Positions 1-8,692 of a DNA stretch of 29,217 nucleotides are shown here, in pieces. This DNA comes from Caldisericota bacterium (GTDB lineage: Bacteria; Caldisericota; Caldisericia; JAAYUI01). Location of the stretch: contig JAKPMO010000013.1 in assembly GCA_029548865.1 (NCBI GenBank), positions 1-29,217 of the forward strand. The letters are read 5' to 3'. The translations under genes were made by a program, and so were the position numbers. Within the stretch, counting starts at the first letter, position 1. Each line of letters begins with the position of its first letter. The notes below the pieces were generated by a model, which had not been told where the DNA came from, did no database searches, and saw only the letters and a list, made by a program, of their open reading frames with translations.

Positions 1-1619
1 GGGTGGGTGCAGCAGGATCTATTTACAATCCAGCAGGAATCCAGCCATTGGACATTAACGTTAGCAGAAATACATGCCACTCTTTCGATCCATCCTTTGA
101 ATTGTATCAAAATCTTCCACATATTGCCTGGACTGACAATACATGTGTGGAATACGGAGACATTTATTATGTCAGTTGGAGTACTATTGTTGGCAATTGG
201 GTGACGGCAGGTGGCACCACCTTCAATCCACTAGTTGGAAATGCCAATGTGAGCAGGAACTCTGGATATTCTGATCAAGCCTCGCTTGACATTGGCTCTG
301 ATGGAAGGCCTCATATTGCTTGGACTGATGACACATATGGTTTGGCAGGGATTTTCTATGTGGAGTACAATCCAGGATATGGAAACTGGATGGGTGCCAA
401 TGGCTCGGTTTACTGGCCGCTTGCTTCTGTTCAGCCTTTTGACATAGAGGTCTCAAGAACGCTTGCTGCATCGGTGCAACCGAATCTCAAACTGGATTCT
501 GCAAACAGACCATACATCACTTGGATGGATTACTCACTCTCTTCAAATTATGGTGACACAATTGTGTTTGTTAAGTGGGACAATGCAAACAGCAAGTGGG
601 TTGGCGCAGACAATTCACCATACATTACAGGTGCAAACCACCACAAAAACTCCCCTGGGGTCATTGTCTCAAAGAGTAGTGGTTTCACTAGAGCACCAAT
701 GATGCAGATCGATTCAGCTGGTACACCGCATCTCACATGGTTTGACAATAATTACGGCGGTATTTACGCAATCATGTATGTAACACTTGGTGTTCCGACC
801 GAACAGACTTTTCAATTCCAGGCCAAAATTGGTTATTCACTCAGGGACAAAACAATTTGTAATACAGCGTATTTTGCTGGCAACACAACAAATGGTTCGG
901 CAACCAGCAATGAATGTTGTATAATAGCAACTATATCGGAGAATCAGCCGATAATCGAAGTAGTAAAAAGAGCCAGAAAATCTCAGGCCTTCTCAAATGA
1001 ATTTATTGTATATACAATAACTGTCAGGAATAGTGGCAAACTGCCTTCAACAGACGTCACACTTTATGATGTTTTCCCGAACAACCTCCAGTTTGTCTCG
1101 TCCAGACCGACCGGTGTCATTTCCACAACAAGGGCCATCTTTATTGTTGGTGTCCTATCACCAGGTGAATCCAGACAGTATGAGCTTGTCTTCAAACTCA
1201 AGCCAGGGATCGTTGTACCATCCTCCGGCCTTGTCATCACAAATATCGCAACGGCCACTTCCAAAGAGCTTGAGCCAGTTATTGACCAGGCCTCAGTGCT
1301 TATATTGCCAAAAGAGGTTTCTTCAAAGGAACTCTATCTCTGGACATCGTGGAAGGGAATAGACCTGAAAACAAACGAGGGCAAAATCGGTGGAGAGATC
1401 GAGCTTTCCTACAAACCGCAGGGTGGAGTTTCACCCTATGACGTGATGGTTGATTGGGGCGACGGCTCTCCAAAAACTTCAACAAACGGTCTTGACGGGG
1501 AATCTGTGACCACGGTGAAACACACCTACCAGACACCAGGAGACTACGAGGTCCTGATAAAGTGCGTTGATTTCCAGGCCAGGACAACTATTGTCAGGAG
1601 AAAGCTCCGTATAAAGTAG
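1..1619 (+). CDS. Large secreted protein, 5'-truncated: propeller-like repeats + DUF11 (conserved repeat) domain + C-terminal PKD-like domain
   Basis: ORF open from the window edge. Repeated PHIAWTD/PYITWMD/PHLTWFD and VSRN/VSRT motifs; DUF11-like 'IVYTITVRNSG...DVTLYDVFPNNLQFVS'; PKD-like 'VDWGDGS...HTYQTPGDYEV'. Confidence 0.8.
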   Translation, partial: VGAAGSIYNPAGIQPLDINVSRNTCHSFDPSFELYQNLPHIAWTDNTCVEYGDIYYVSWSTIVGNWVTAGGTTFNPLVGNANVSRNSGYSDQASLDIGSDGRPHIAWTDDTYGLAGIFYVEYNPGYGNWMGANGSVYWPLASVQPFDIEVSRTLAASVQPNLKLDSANRPYITWMDYSLSSNYGDTIVFVKWDNANSKWVGADNSPYITGANHHKNSPGVIVSKSSGFTRAPMMQIDSAGTPHLTWFDNNYGGIYAIMYVTLGVPTEQTFQFQAKIGYSLRDKTICNTAYFAGNTTNGSATSNECCIIATISENQPIIEVVKRARKSQAFSNEFIVYTITVRNSGKLPSTDVTLYDVFPNNLQFVSSRPTGVISTTRAIFIVGVLSPGESRQYELVFKLKPGIVVPSSGLVITNIATATSKELEPVIDQASVLILPKEVSSKELYLWTSWKGIDLKTNEGKIGGEIELSYKPQGGVSPYDVMVDWGDGSPKTSTNGLDGESVTTVKHTYQTPGDYEVLIKCVDFQARTTIVRRKLRIK

Positions 1620-1636
1620 ACTTTATTGTATTCAAA

Positions 1637-1674
1637 TAATTAAAAAGGCCCCTGAAAAGGGGCCTTTTTAATTA
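1637..1674. terminator. Bidirectional intrinsic terminator
   Basis: Perfect 17-bp inverted repeat TAATTAAAAAGGCCCCT-GAAA-AGGGGCCTTTTTAATTA with A/T tails on both sides, between convergent genes. Confidence 0.92.
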
Positions 1675-1695
1675 AATACAGGTGATTGAAATTGG

Positions 1696-3438
1696 TTATG
1701 CTGTTATGGGCATATGTTTTGCCAGTATAATTAAATCAAAGCCATTAATTATTCCATCCTCATTCAGATCACATTTTGGGTCAAACTTAAGGTCATCTTT
1801 TGTTTTGCCGAAAGCTTTTTCCATCAATTCAACGTCTTTGGAATTAACGTACCCATCAGCATTAACATCGCCGAGTTCTGGGATGACTTCAACTTTTACA
1901 ATTATGCTTCCATCGACATCTTTGCCTGAATATTCAATCGAACCTTTATGTGTTCCAATTTCTAACCGCTTGGTGTTACAAGTCATTATAATGTCCTCAT
2001 CATTGCCGATAAAGCTGTTTCTGTCAATTTTTAACCAATCGGCCTCGTAAACATTAAGCCTTACTACAAGATTGCCTCTTCCTGCATTTTTGAAATTTAT
2101 AGATGATGTAACTATTTCACCTTTTCTAACTTTTCCGAAAGATACCTCTTTTTGGGTCACGAGAACAGATTTTATAGGTCTTTCATAATCAAGATCAAAA
2201 GTCATTGTTGGCCCTGATTTTGATATGTTGGTAATCTTAATCATTGGGGCAGTTGGATCTAGGCTGTATGGCAATGGTTTCGCTGGAGTCTGGAATGTCA
2301 GGGAAGTTCTTGAATAGTTTGAACCATAAGCCGAGTTTTGTTTGTAAAAATCATCTGGCTCTGGGCAAAGGACACATATCCCTGGTGTTATAAGCGCACC
2401 TTTTGTGGTGTTAAAGCGATGTTCATATGGTCTGCTATCATCCACATGCCAGAAAACAAGACCCTGGTTTGGGACTCCCTGGTGAAATGAATCTCCACCT
2501 GTCTTTTGCCGATTTTCAACAAGCAACCACTCTGTTTTTGACCCAGGCATGTTTATTCTGTATGCCTTGTGTTGGCCATCACCATTCAGATCATCAACCA
2601 TATAGGTTCCAGGTTTGTCTATTGTTTCTATATCAAGCCAGCCAGCCTTCCATCTTGAAAACGCACTAAGACCGCAATAACCCATGTAGACGCCCTCACC
2701 CATCAGGTCCCATCCGCCTGCATTTACGTTCTTGTAGTTATAATCATAGAGATCGAAAAGATCACCCATTCCATGAAAAATCTCGTGGTACATTACTATC
2801 ACTGGAAAACTGGATCTACTTTCTCCTGCATCCTCGCAGCAACTAATTGCTGTGTAATTGTCCAGATCAACTGAAAAGTTGCCCGGCATGTAACCACCGC
2901 ATGTGTATGAAACGCCAGGCCACAAAAAAATAACAAGATCAGGATACCCGTTTTCATCCTCATCGAACTCTGTGAAATCAATGCCATTTTCCTTGGCAGT
3001 TTCCAACCCATCTTTAAATAAGTCCTCTATATCAGAATATGAAAAAAGGGACGATGGCATCATCATCCAGTCTGGCACCTGCGGTTTGCCAAAACTGACA
3101 AAGGATTTTCCATAAGAAGAGGCTTGGTAAAATTTATCTATCGAATTTTTGCCAGTCAGCATTATGTCCCTGATGATATCCAATGATAATACTGGCTTAA
3201 GATCTTCAAACATCAAAGGAAGGACAAGGATTTTTTGTGTGCCAACACTCCTAAACTGTTTGTGGGGTGTTGATATAAGTTCTGGTGGCAACTGGCCATT
3301 ATTTTGAAGGATTGCTTCTCTAAGCTGCGGTAAAGGCATGTGTGAAATGTCAATTTTTTTTGCATTCCCAATATGGGATGGTGTAATTAAGACAACGACG
3401 AGACAAATGATTGCTGTTACTGTTTGTTTCCCTCTCAT
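1696..3438 (-). CDS. Secreted M6-family (immune inhibitor A-like) zinc metalloprotease with BACON/Ig-like domain and C-terminal dockerin type I
   Basis: Signal peptide; HEIFH...DLYD zinc motif; 'GGWDLMGEG'; 'LLVENRQ'; dockerin 'GDVNADGYVNSKD...DLNEDGIINGFD'. ATG at 3438 preferred over TTG at 3444. Confidence 0.88.
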   Translation of the reverse strand: MRGKQTVTAIICLVVVLITPSHIGNAKKIDISHMPLPQLREAILQNNGQLPPELISTPHKQFRSVGTQKILVLPLMFEDLKPVLSLDIIRDIMLTGKNSIDKFYQASSYGKSFVSFGKPQVPDWMMMPSSLFSYSDIEDLFKDGLETAKENGIDFTEFDEDENGYPDLVIFLWPGVSYTCGGYMPGNFSVDLDNYTAISCCEDAGESRSSFPVIVMYHEIFHGMGDLFDLYDYNYKNVNAGGWDLMGEGVYMGYCGLSAFSRWKAGWLDIETIDKPGTYMVDDLNGDGQHKAYRINMPGSKTEWLLVENRQKTGGDSFHQGVPNQGLVFWHVDDSRPYEHRFNTTKGALITPGICVLCPEPDDFYKQNSAYGSNYSRTSLTFQTPAKPLPYSLDPTAPMIKITNISKSGPTMTFDLDYERPIKSVLVTQKEVSFGKVRKGEIVTSSINFKNAGRGNLVVRLNVYEADWLKIDRNSFIGNDEDIIMTCNTKRLEIGTHKGSIEYSGKDVDGSIIVKVEVIPELGDVNADGYVNSKDVELMEKAFGKTKDDLKFDPKCDLNEDGIINGFDLIILAKHMPITA

Positions 3439-3497
3439 AGTCAAAACTATACAACGAGAAGACTAAAACGTAGTTAACGAAATGTAACCAACAAAAC

Positions 3498-5099
3498 CTA
3501 GATCTCCGATTCTATCAGCCTTGGCCCGTCTTTGGCCAGCTCCACCTTTGCCCCGTTGGGCCAGTGACAGGCACTTTTATAGAATTTGTCAAATATTTCT
3601 GCGTGGCATGTGTGGATTGGGAGCAACCACCTTGGGGCAATCTTGTTGACAATATATTCAAGGTCGCGCCTGTTTGCGTGGCCGGATGTGTGGGCATAGT
3701 CCAGCTCCATCCCGAACAGGTTGATCCAGTTTTCGAGCTTCCTGAAGCTTATTTCCATTTCTTCGTTGAACGGTTCCGCCTTGCCGTAGACATAAGTGCC
3801 CTTTAGTCCCTTTCCGGCATGCATCATGGAGAGTGGTCCCATGCTTGTGTAGATCAGGAGGTTGTCCTGGTTCCTTATTATTTCATCGCGGAGCGCTGGC
3901 CCCCAGACGATCCTTGGCAGGATGCAGTTGTTTGGAAACTCCTCAAAAATAGAGGATATTTCTTTCTCATATGGGAGACGTCCATTGTATTTTGTTTCGA
4001 TGTAGATGTCTGGATTGTTGAAATCTGCTTCCCTTAGCGTATCTTTGCGTGCCTCTTTTTCTGGATCGGCCCCTTTCCTAGGTTTTGAGGTCGTTTCAGA
4101 TTTTGGCATTCTCTCTTTTTTTCTGGACAGCAGGAGTGAGCAGTTGTCAAATTTCTCCAGCTCTGGATACAGGCCGGAAAGCAGGTTGATGCCGTGGACA
4201 AGATACGCCTTCTTGGCGTCAATCAACACATTTCTGCCTTTTTGGGATGCAATCCTTATGACCATGTCCATCCTGTCCATGTCGGCCGGGGACGCGTCAT
4301 ATATGACCATGCCCTTCGCCCTGTCCAGTATGGTTTCGAGTTTTGAGGCCACCTGCTCCTCGGAGTGCAGTGAATGCGCCTCCTCGGCTTGCAGTTCAGG
4401 GTCGGCAGTCCTGCCGTCATCGACCCTTGTTCCTTCGCAAAAGAGGTAGTCCAGTTTTGCGTTTTGAGCCTCTTTGACAAATTTCTCGGTCAGCTCCCTT
4501 CGCCTTCCGTGGAGCCTGAGGTCTCCGGTGTATCCGATCAGGAGCCCGCCCATTTCGATTATGAACGCTGAAGCACCTGGGATCGAGTGGTCAACAGAAA
4601 TGTGTTTTATTTTTGCAGAGCCGACTTCAAATGTTTCCCCGTCGTCAAGGCCTGTGAACGAGTCGTCATCATACTTCATCATCCAGCCTTCGGAGATGTC
4701 CCTTCTCCTGCCAAGGAAGGTTTTTGTGATCTTGGAACCGTAAAATTTCATGTCTTTCCTGATGATGCCAAGATAACCGGCGTGGTCGGTGTGTGCGTGT
4801 GAAACCAGAACGGCCATTATTTTTTTGGGTTCGCCGGTGCCACAAACGCCAACAAAACCTTCATCATCATACATTGTTCTGTAGCCGGCATTTTTGTAGA
4901 GGCCGTCAACATCTGGAATCGCCCCTACAAGCCTCAGGTCATCTGTGTTTTGCGGGGAAAGGAAAGGCTGATCGAAGAAGTTGCCCTCTGCAGTGAATGA
5001 TTGCCCGAAATCCAGGAAAAGGCGCGTGTCACCGTCCTCAAGCAATATCTTGTTTCCGCCAATTTCGTTTTGGCCACCAAAGAAGGAAAGTTTTACCAT
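3498..5099 (-). CDS. MBL-fold/beta-CASP hydrolase, RNase J-like
   Basis: 'GGQNEIGGN', 'LDFG', SHAHTDH, 'VDHSIPGA', 'YTGDLRLHG', 'HTSGHA' and 'LPIHT' motifs. Confidence 0.85.
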   Translation of the reverse strand: MVKLSFFGGQNEIGGNKILLEDGDTRLFLDFGQSFTAEGNFFDQPFLSPQNTDDLRLVGAIPDVDGLYKNAGYRTMYDDEGFVGVCGTGEPKKIMAVLVSHAHTDHAGYLGIIRKDMKFYGSKITKTFLGRRRDISEGWMMKYDDDSFTGLDDGETFEVGSAKIKHISVDHSIPGASAFIIEMGGLLIGYTGDLRLHGRRRELTEKFVKEAQNAKLDYLFCEGTRVDDGRTADPELQAEEAHSLHSEEQVASKLETILDRAKGMVIYDASPADMDRMDMVIRIASQKGRNVLIDAKKAYLVHGINLLSGLYPELEKFDNCSLLLSRKKERMPKSETTSKPRKGADPEKEARKDTLREADFNNPDIYIETKYNGRLPYEKEISSIFEEFPNNCILPRIVWGPALRDEIIRNQDNLLIYTSMGPLSMMHAGKGLKGTYVYGKAEPFNEEMEISFRKLENWINLFGMELDYAHTSGHANRRDLEYIVNKIAPRWLLPIHTCHAEIFDKFYKSACHWPNGAKVELAKDGPRLIESEI

Positions 5100-5777
5100 T
5101 TACTGCCTGTATTCGTACCTGAAATCGCAGATTTTGTCACCCCTGCCAATGGTGCCTTTTCTTTTGAAGGTGATTGATTTTGGGAAATGAGTGGCCAACT
5201 CTTCATCCAGCGCGCAGAAGACTTTTGTCAGCTCAGGGGAACCGAAATAGTCGAGCATCTCCTGATAAAAGCACTTTGAAATGTCGAATGCAACAACATT
5301 TTTTTCGAAAGAGACAATTTTTATATCCCATGCGCCTTTCGGGAAGGAGCTCTTGAGCTTGGAAATAACGTAGGCCCTGAGAATTGCAAATGGCGAAGGA
5401 GCATTCTTGAAGAGGACCATTTTTTTGTCCTGCGAGACAATGGCCCTCAACACCCTTTCTGTTTCCTGGAGTGCTGCCTTCTGGTCGACCATTTCATCAA
5501 GGAGAACGTGGTAGAGCGAAAGACCTGGCAATATCCATTCGTCGAGGTGTCTGTTCAGGGCGGGATTTTTGAAGACTGGTTTCCTTTTTGAAAATTCCCT
5601 GATTTTTTTATCGACCTTTCCTGCCAGTACACCCGAATACGCAAGCCCGAATTTTTGCGAGAGTGGTTCCTGGAACCTGTGAGAGATTGGTAACCTCTGC
5701 CCCTTTTTTGCCGAAAGAACCAGACCGGCAAGGACGCCAAGGGCAAAACTGGCAAGAATCTTGTTCCTTGAGTTCAT
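5100..5777 (-). CDS. L-2-amino-thiazoline-4-carboxylic acid (ATC) hydrolase family protein with N-terminal hydrophobic segment
   Basis: C-terminal 'KCFY...PELTKVFCALD...FKRKGTIGRGDKICDFRY' signature; AGGAGG SD; its stop abuts the next ATG (TAAATG). Confidence 0.75.
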   Translation of the reverse strand: MNSRNKILASFALGVLAGLVLSAKKGQRLPISHRFQEPLSQKFGLAYSGVLAGKVDKKIREFSKRKPVFKNPALNRHLDEWILPGLSLYHVLLDEMVDQKAALQETERVLRAIVSQDKKMVLFKNAPSPFAILRAYVISKLKSSFPKGAWDIKIVSFEKNVVAFDISKCFYQEMLDYFGSPELTKVFCALDEELATHFPKSITFKRKGTIGRGDKICDFRYEYRQ

Positions 5778-5790
5778 TAGCCCCCTCCTT

Positions 5791-6363
5791 TTACTTAAAA
5801 GAACGCCACCCCCGCCTTATCGGGGTGAGGACAAAGAACATCAGTATGAAAAATATTGCGATCCCCAAACATGAGAGAACGAGATTTTTGGTCCCAACAG
5901 TTTCTGTGAGTCTATCTACCCAGGAAGCATGTACTTCTGGTTTCTGGATTATTATTTTTTTTGTTTCCTTGTCAAAGGTCAGTTCAAGTCCAAGCAGTTC
6001 CGCACAATCCTTTGCAGGAACCCAGAGGTATCCGGAGTTGTATGTGGCAGGTCTTGTCAGGAACTTTTCGGTGTCTTTGTATTCAATTCGTTTGAATCCG
6101 TCAAAAAATGTGACGACCGGGTTGCCCAGATTGTCAAAAAATTTCCATCTGCCAAGGTCTTTTTTCAGCTCCAGTCCGGATTCGATTGCCAGGAGTTGTG
6201 CAGGGACCATTGCCGTTCCGTCCTCGACATACACGGGAATGTCAATCATGCAGGAAAGGCCTTTCACTTCAACCTTTCTTTCCCCAATTGCAATTGAAAT
6301 CTCGGCATATACGGGTTCTACCGATAGCAAAAAAAAGCACAAAATTGGAATGAGCTTCCTCAT
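5791..6363 (-). CDS. Copper amine oxidase N-terminal (stalk)-like domain membrane protein
   Basis: Signal peptide MRKLIP...VYA; 'PVYVEDGTAMVP' and 'YLWVPAK...LGLELTFDKETKKIII'; C-terminal TM helix. Confidence 0.7.
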   Translation of the reverse strand: MRKLIPILCFFLLSVEPVYAEISIAIGERKVEVKGLSCMIDIPVYVEDGTAMVPAQLLAIESGLELKKDLGRWKFFDNLGNPVVTFFDGFKRIEYKDTEKFLTRPATYNSGYLWVPAKDCAELLGLELTFDKETKKIIIQKPEVHASWVDRLTETVGTKNLVLSCLGIAIFFILMFFVLTPIRRGWRSFK

Positions 6364-6408
6364 ATGCGAATAGGTTATCCGATAAGCAAAAACAATCAAG
6401 CGGAAAGG

Positions 6409-7575
6409 TTATTTTTTTATTTCGGGAATTTTGAATTGTTTTCCAACATCGGTAACCGAGATGTCAAATTGAATATTGTATGAGTGATATTGTTCGTCCC
6501 TTCCGCTCATTTTTCCGGCAATTCTGGTTGGCATCCCCCTCAATTTGCCTTCTTTCATGGTCCAGGTTGTGTATTCAAAAATGTTGTTGCCCATCCAGTT
6601 GTCGAAATCGGCGTATGATACATCAGTCTTATCGCAGAGGACGCCATTGGCTTTTTCGATGCCTCGATTGGTGGTTTTTGAAAATCTTCTGTCTGTGCTT
6701 GTCTCGTTTAAAAAATCAAAAAGGTCTTCATTGACTTTCATTGCCTTTATTGCGGCCTGGACACCTTCAGGATTGAATACTTTGTAATCATTTCCTTCAG
6801 ACCACCAGACCTGGTCTCCATTGTAGACAAAGGTCAGCTCTCCGCCGTAATCATTGGCGGTAAACGACTGTCTCATGACTGCCGTTCCATCATTATTCCG
6901 ATCTATTCTGACCAAAAAATCTTGTGGGAAACCTGCAACATGACCCTTGCGCTTGGCGCTAAGCGAGTATGAGTAATAATCGGAGAGTTTGATTCCAGAG
7001 AGATTGGCAGGCAGAAGATAGATTTCTTCGGAAATCCTTTGCCCTGTAGAGAAAAAATAACTGGAGCTGTAGCCATTTACCATCGGGTTGTCAATAAACA
7101 GCATGTACTGGCCGGGCGGGACTGTTATGCTGAAGACCCCGTCGAGGTCTGATCTTGAGAAAAACTTGCCTTCTTTCCCCTCCATCCTGACTTCAAGGCC
7201 AGTTATAGGTTTCAGCGTTGCTCCGTTGAGCAGCCTGCCAAACATCTGCCCCTGTTGTATGACGCCAAAATTTACATGCTGGTGGGAACTCTGGCTTACA
7301 TCAATTATTGCGGAAATCTCCTCAAAGCCTGGTGATTCCACAGAAACCTGGTATTGTCCAACAGGGAGCTTTACCGCGTCGGAGCCGTCGCTTTTGATCT
7401 TGGTTTTTTTGCCACCACGATCGACAAGCGTTATGTCGCAGCAAACTTCTTTGCCATCCACTACTGAACAGACTCTCAAATAAACATCTTCGGGACTTAT
7501 GTTTGATAGATATGCTATGATTGCAAGGGGTAGAATTATGCCGAGGGTTGCCCTGGTTATTGCTTTTTCCCTCAC
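6409..7575 (-). CDS. Membrane-anchored protein with carboxypeptidase-regulatory-like/PEGA beta-sandwich domains
   Basis: N-terminal TM; 'LPVGQYQVSVESPGFE' and 'SDLDGVFSITVPPGQY'; GTGA overlap with the ddl stop. Confidence 0.65.
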   Translation of the reverse strand: MREKAITRATLGIILPLAIIAYLSNISPEDVYLRVCSVVDGKEVCCDITLVDRGGKKTKIKSDGSDAVKLPVGQYQVSVESPGFEEISAIIDVSQSSHQHVNFGVIQQGQMFGRLLNGATLKPITGLEVRMEGKEGKFFSRSDLDGVFSITVPPGQYMLFIDNPMVNGYSSSYFFSTGQRISEEIYLLPANLSGIKLSDYYSYSLSAKRKGHVAGFPQDFLVRIDRNNDGTAVMRQSFTANDYGGELTFVYNGDQVWWSEGNDYKVFNPEGVQAAIKAMKVNEDLFDFLNETSTDRRFSKTTNRGIEKANGVLCDKTDVSYADFDNWMGNNIFEYTTWTMKEGKLRGMPTRIAGKMSGRDEQYHSYNIQFDISVTDVGKQFKIPEIKK

Positions 7576-8555
7576 AACGCTCCCTCTATCATGATATCAA
7601 GCAGTTGCCCAAAGCTGATTCCCACATGCTTGGCGGCCTGTGGAACCAGCGATGTGTTTGTCATTCCCGGTAACGTGTTAATCTCGATAACTTTCATTGA
7701 CCCGTCAGTCATTAAAAATATGTCGGTCCTTGTCACTCCGGAACATCCAAGTGCTTCATGACACCTGACGGCCAATTCTTGAGCCAGCTTGAAAGAGTTT
7801 TCGGGTATTGGTGCAGGCGTTATTTCGTCGGATGCACCAACTTCATATTTGGCCTTGATGTCAAAAAACTCTGAGGTTTTTGGGACGATGAGAGTGACAG
7901 GCAGTGCCTCGGCTTTTGAGTTTTTTCTCTGAAGGACAGAACATGTTATTTCTTGCCCTTCCAGGTATTCTTCGGCTATCACTATGTTTCCGTAAGAAAA
8001 AGCCAGTTCTATTGCACTGCTTAATTCAACAGGTGATTTTGCTATTGTGACACCGACAGAAGATCCCTGAGCATTTGGTTTTATGACGGCTGGCATGAAG
8101 GGGATTTTGTCAAATGGAGAGTGCAGGTAGACGGATTCAGGAACTGGTATTCCATGCTCTTTCATGATCATTCTTGCCCTCATCTTGTCGATTGCCAATG
8201 CTGATGCGGCCGTGTTGGAACCGGTGCATGGTATCCCCAGTACTTCAAGAAAACCCTGGAAATTGCCGTCTTCACCATAAGGGCCATGCACAGTGTTGAA
8301 GATTACATCAAAATTCTTCAGGTAGCGGCAAGCTTTGTGTGCAGGGATTTCTGGCTGGGAAAAAGCCGCCAGAGAATTGCTCGAAGGCCTGTCCGCTATC
8401 TGGAAAAATCCTTCGTTTGTTATATGGACAGGGTAGACAGCATATTTGTCATCAGGTATTTCCTTGCAGACATTTTGTCCTGAGTTGAGCGAAATTTCAT
8501 ATTCTGGGCTTGGCCCTCCGAAGGCCACCCCAACCTTGATCGAGTTGTCACGCAT
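7572..8555 (-). CDS. ddl: D-alanine--D-alanine ligase
   Basis: 'FGGPSPEYEISLNSG', 'HGPYGEDG', 'KPNAQGSSVG', 'KAKY', 'EINTLPGMT..SL'. Confidence 0.95.
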   Translation of the reverse strand: MRDNSIKVGVAFGGPSPEYEISLNSGQNVCKEIPDDKYAVYPVHITNEGFFQIADRPSSNSLAAFSQPEIPAHKACRYLKNFDVIFNTVHGPYGEDGNFQGFLEVLGIPCTGSNTAASALAIDKMRARMIMKEHGIPVPESVYLHSPFDKIPFMPAVIKPNAQGSSVGVTIAKSPVELSSAIELAFSYGNIVIAEEYLEGQEITCSVLQRKNSKAEALPVTLIVPKTSEFFDIKAKYEVGASDEITPAPIPENSFKLAQELAVRCHEALGCSGVTRTDIFLMTDGSMKVIEINTLPGMTNTSLVPQAAKHVGISFGQLLDIMIEGAL

Positions 8556-8561
8556 GACATG

Positions 8562-8589
8562 ATTCTACATTCCAGCTTGCAAGTTGCAA
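8562..8589 (-). promoter_or_regulatory. sigma70-type promoter, putatively leaderless, for ddl
   Basis: TTGCAA-16 nt-TAGAAT, then 6 nt to ATG; no SD. Confidence 0.6.
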
Positions 8590-8633
8590 CCCATATCCAA
8601 GCGGCATGTTTTTGCACCCGCACCACTCCTAAC

Positions 8634-8661
8634 TTGCGACAAATTCTTATAAACATATAAT
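8634..8661 (+). promoter_or_regulatory. sigma70-type promoter of ileS
   Basis: TTGCGA-16 nt-TATAAT about 30 nt upstream of GGAGG-ATG. Confidence 0.6.
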
Positions 8662-8692
8662 CTTACGGATAAGATGAATACCTGGAGGAAAC

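Noticed and set aside
7572..8555. Vancomycin-resistance (D-Ala-D-Lac) ligase
   Set aside because: The omega loop retains KY as in D-Ala-D-Ala ligases, and no vanH/vanX genes are nearby.
8556..8692. T-box riboswitch upstream of ileS
   Set aside because: The intergenic region is only 137 nt and holds two divergent promoters; no T-box (GGTGGNACCGCG) motif or terminator is present.
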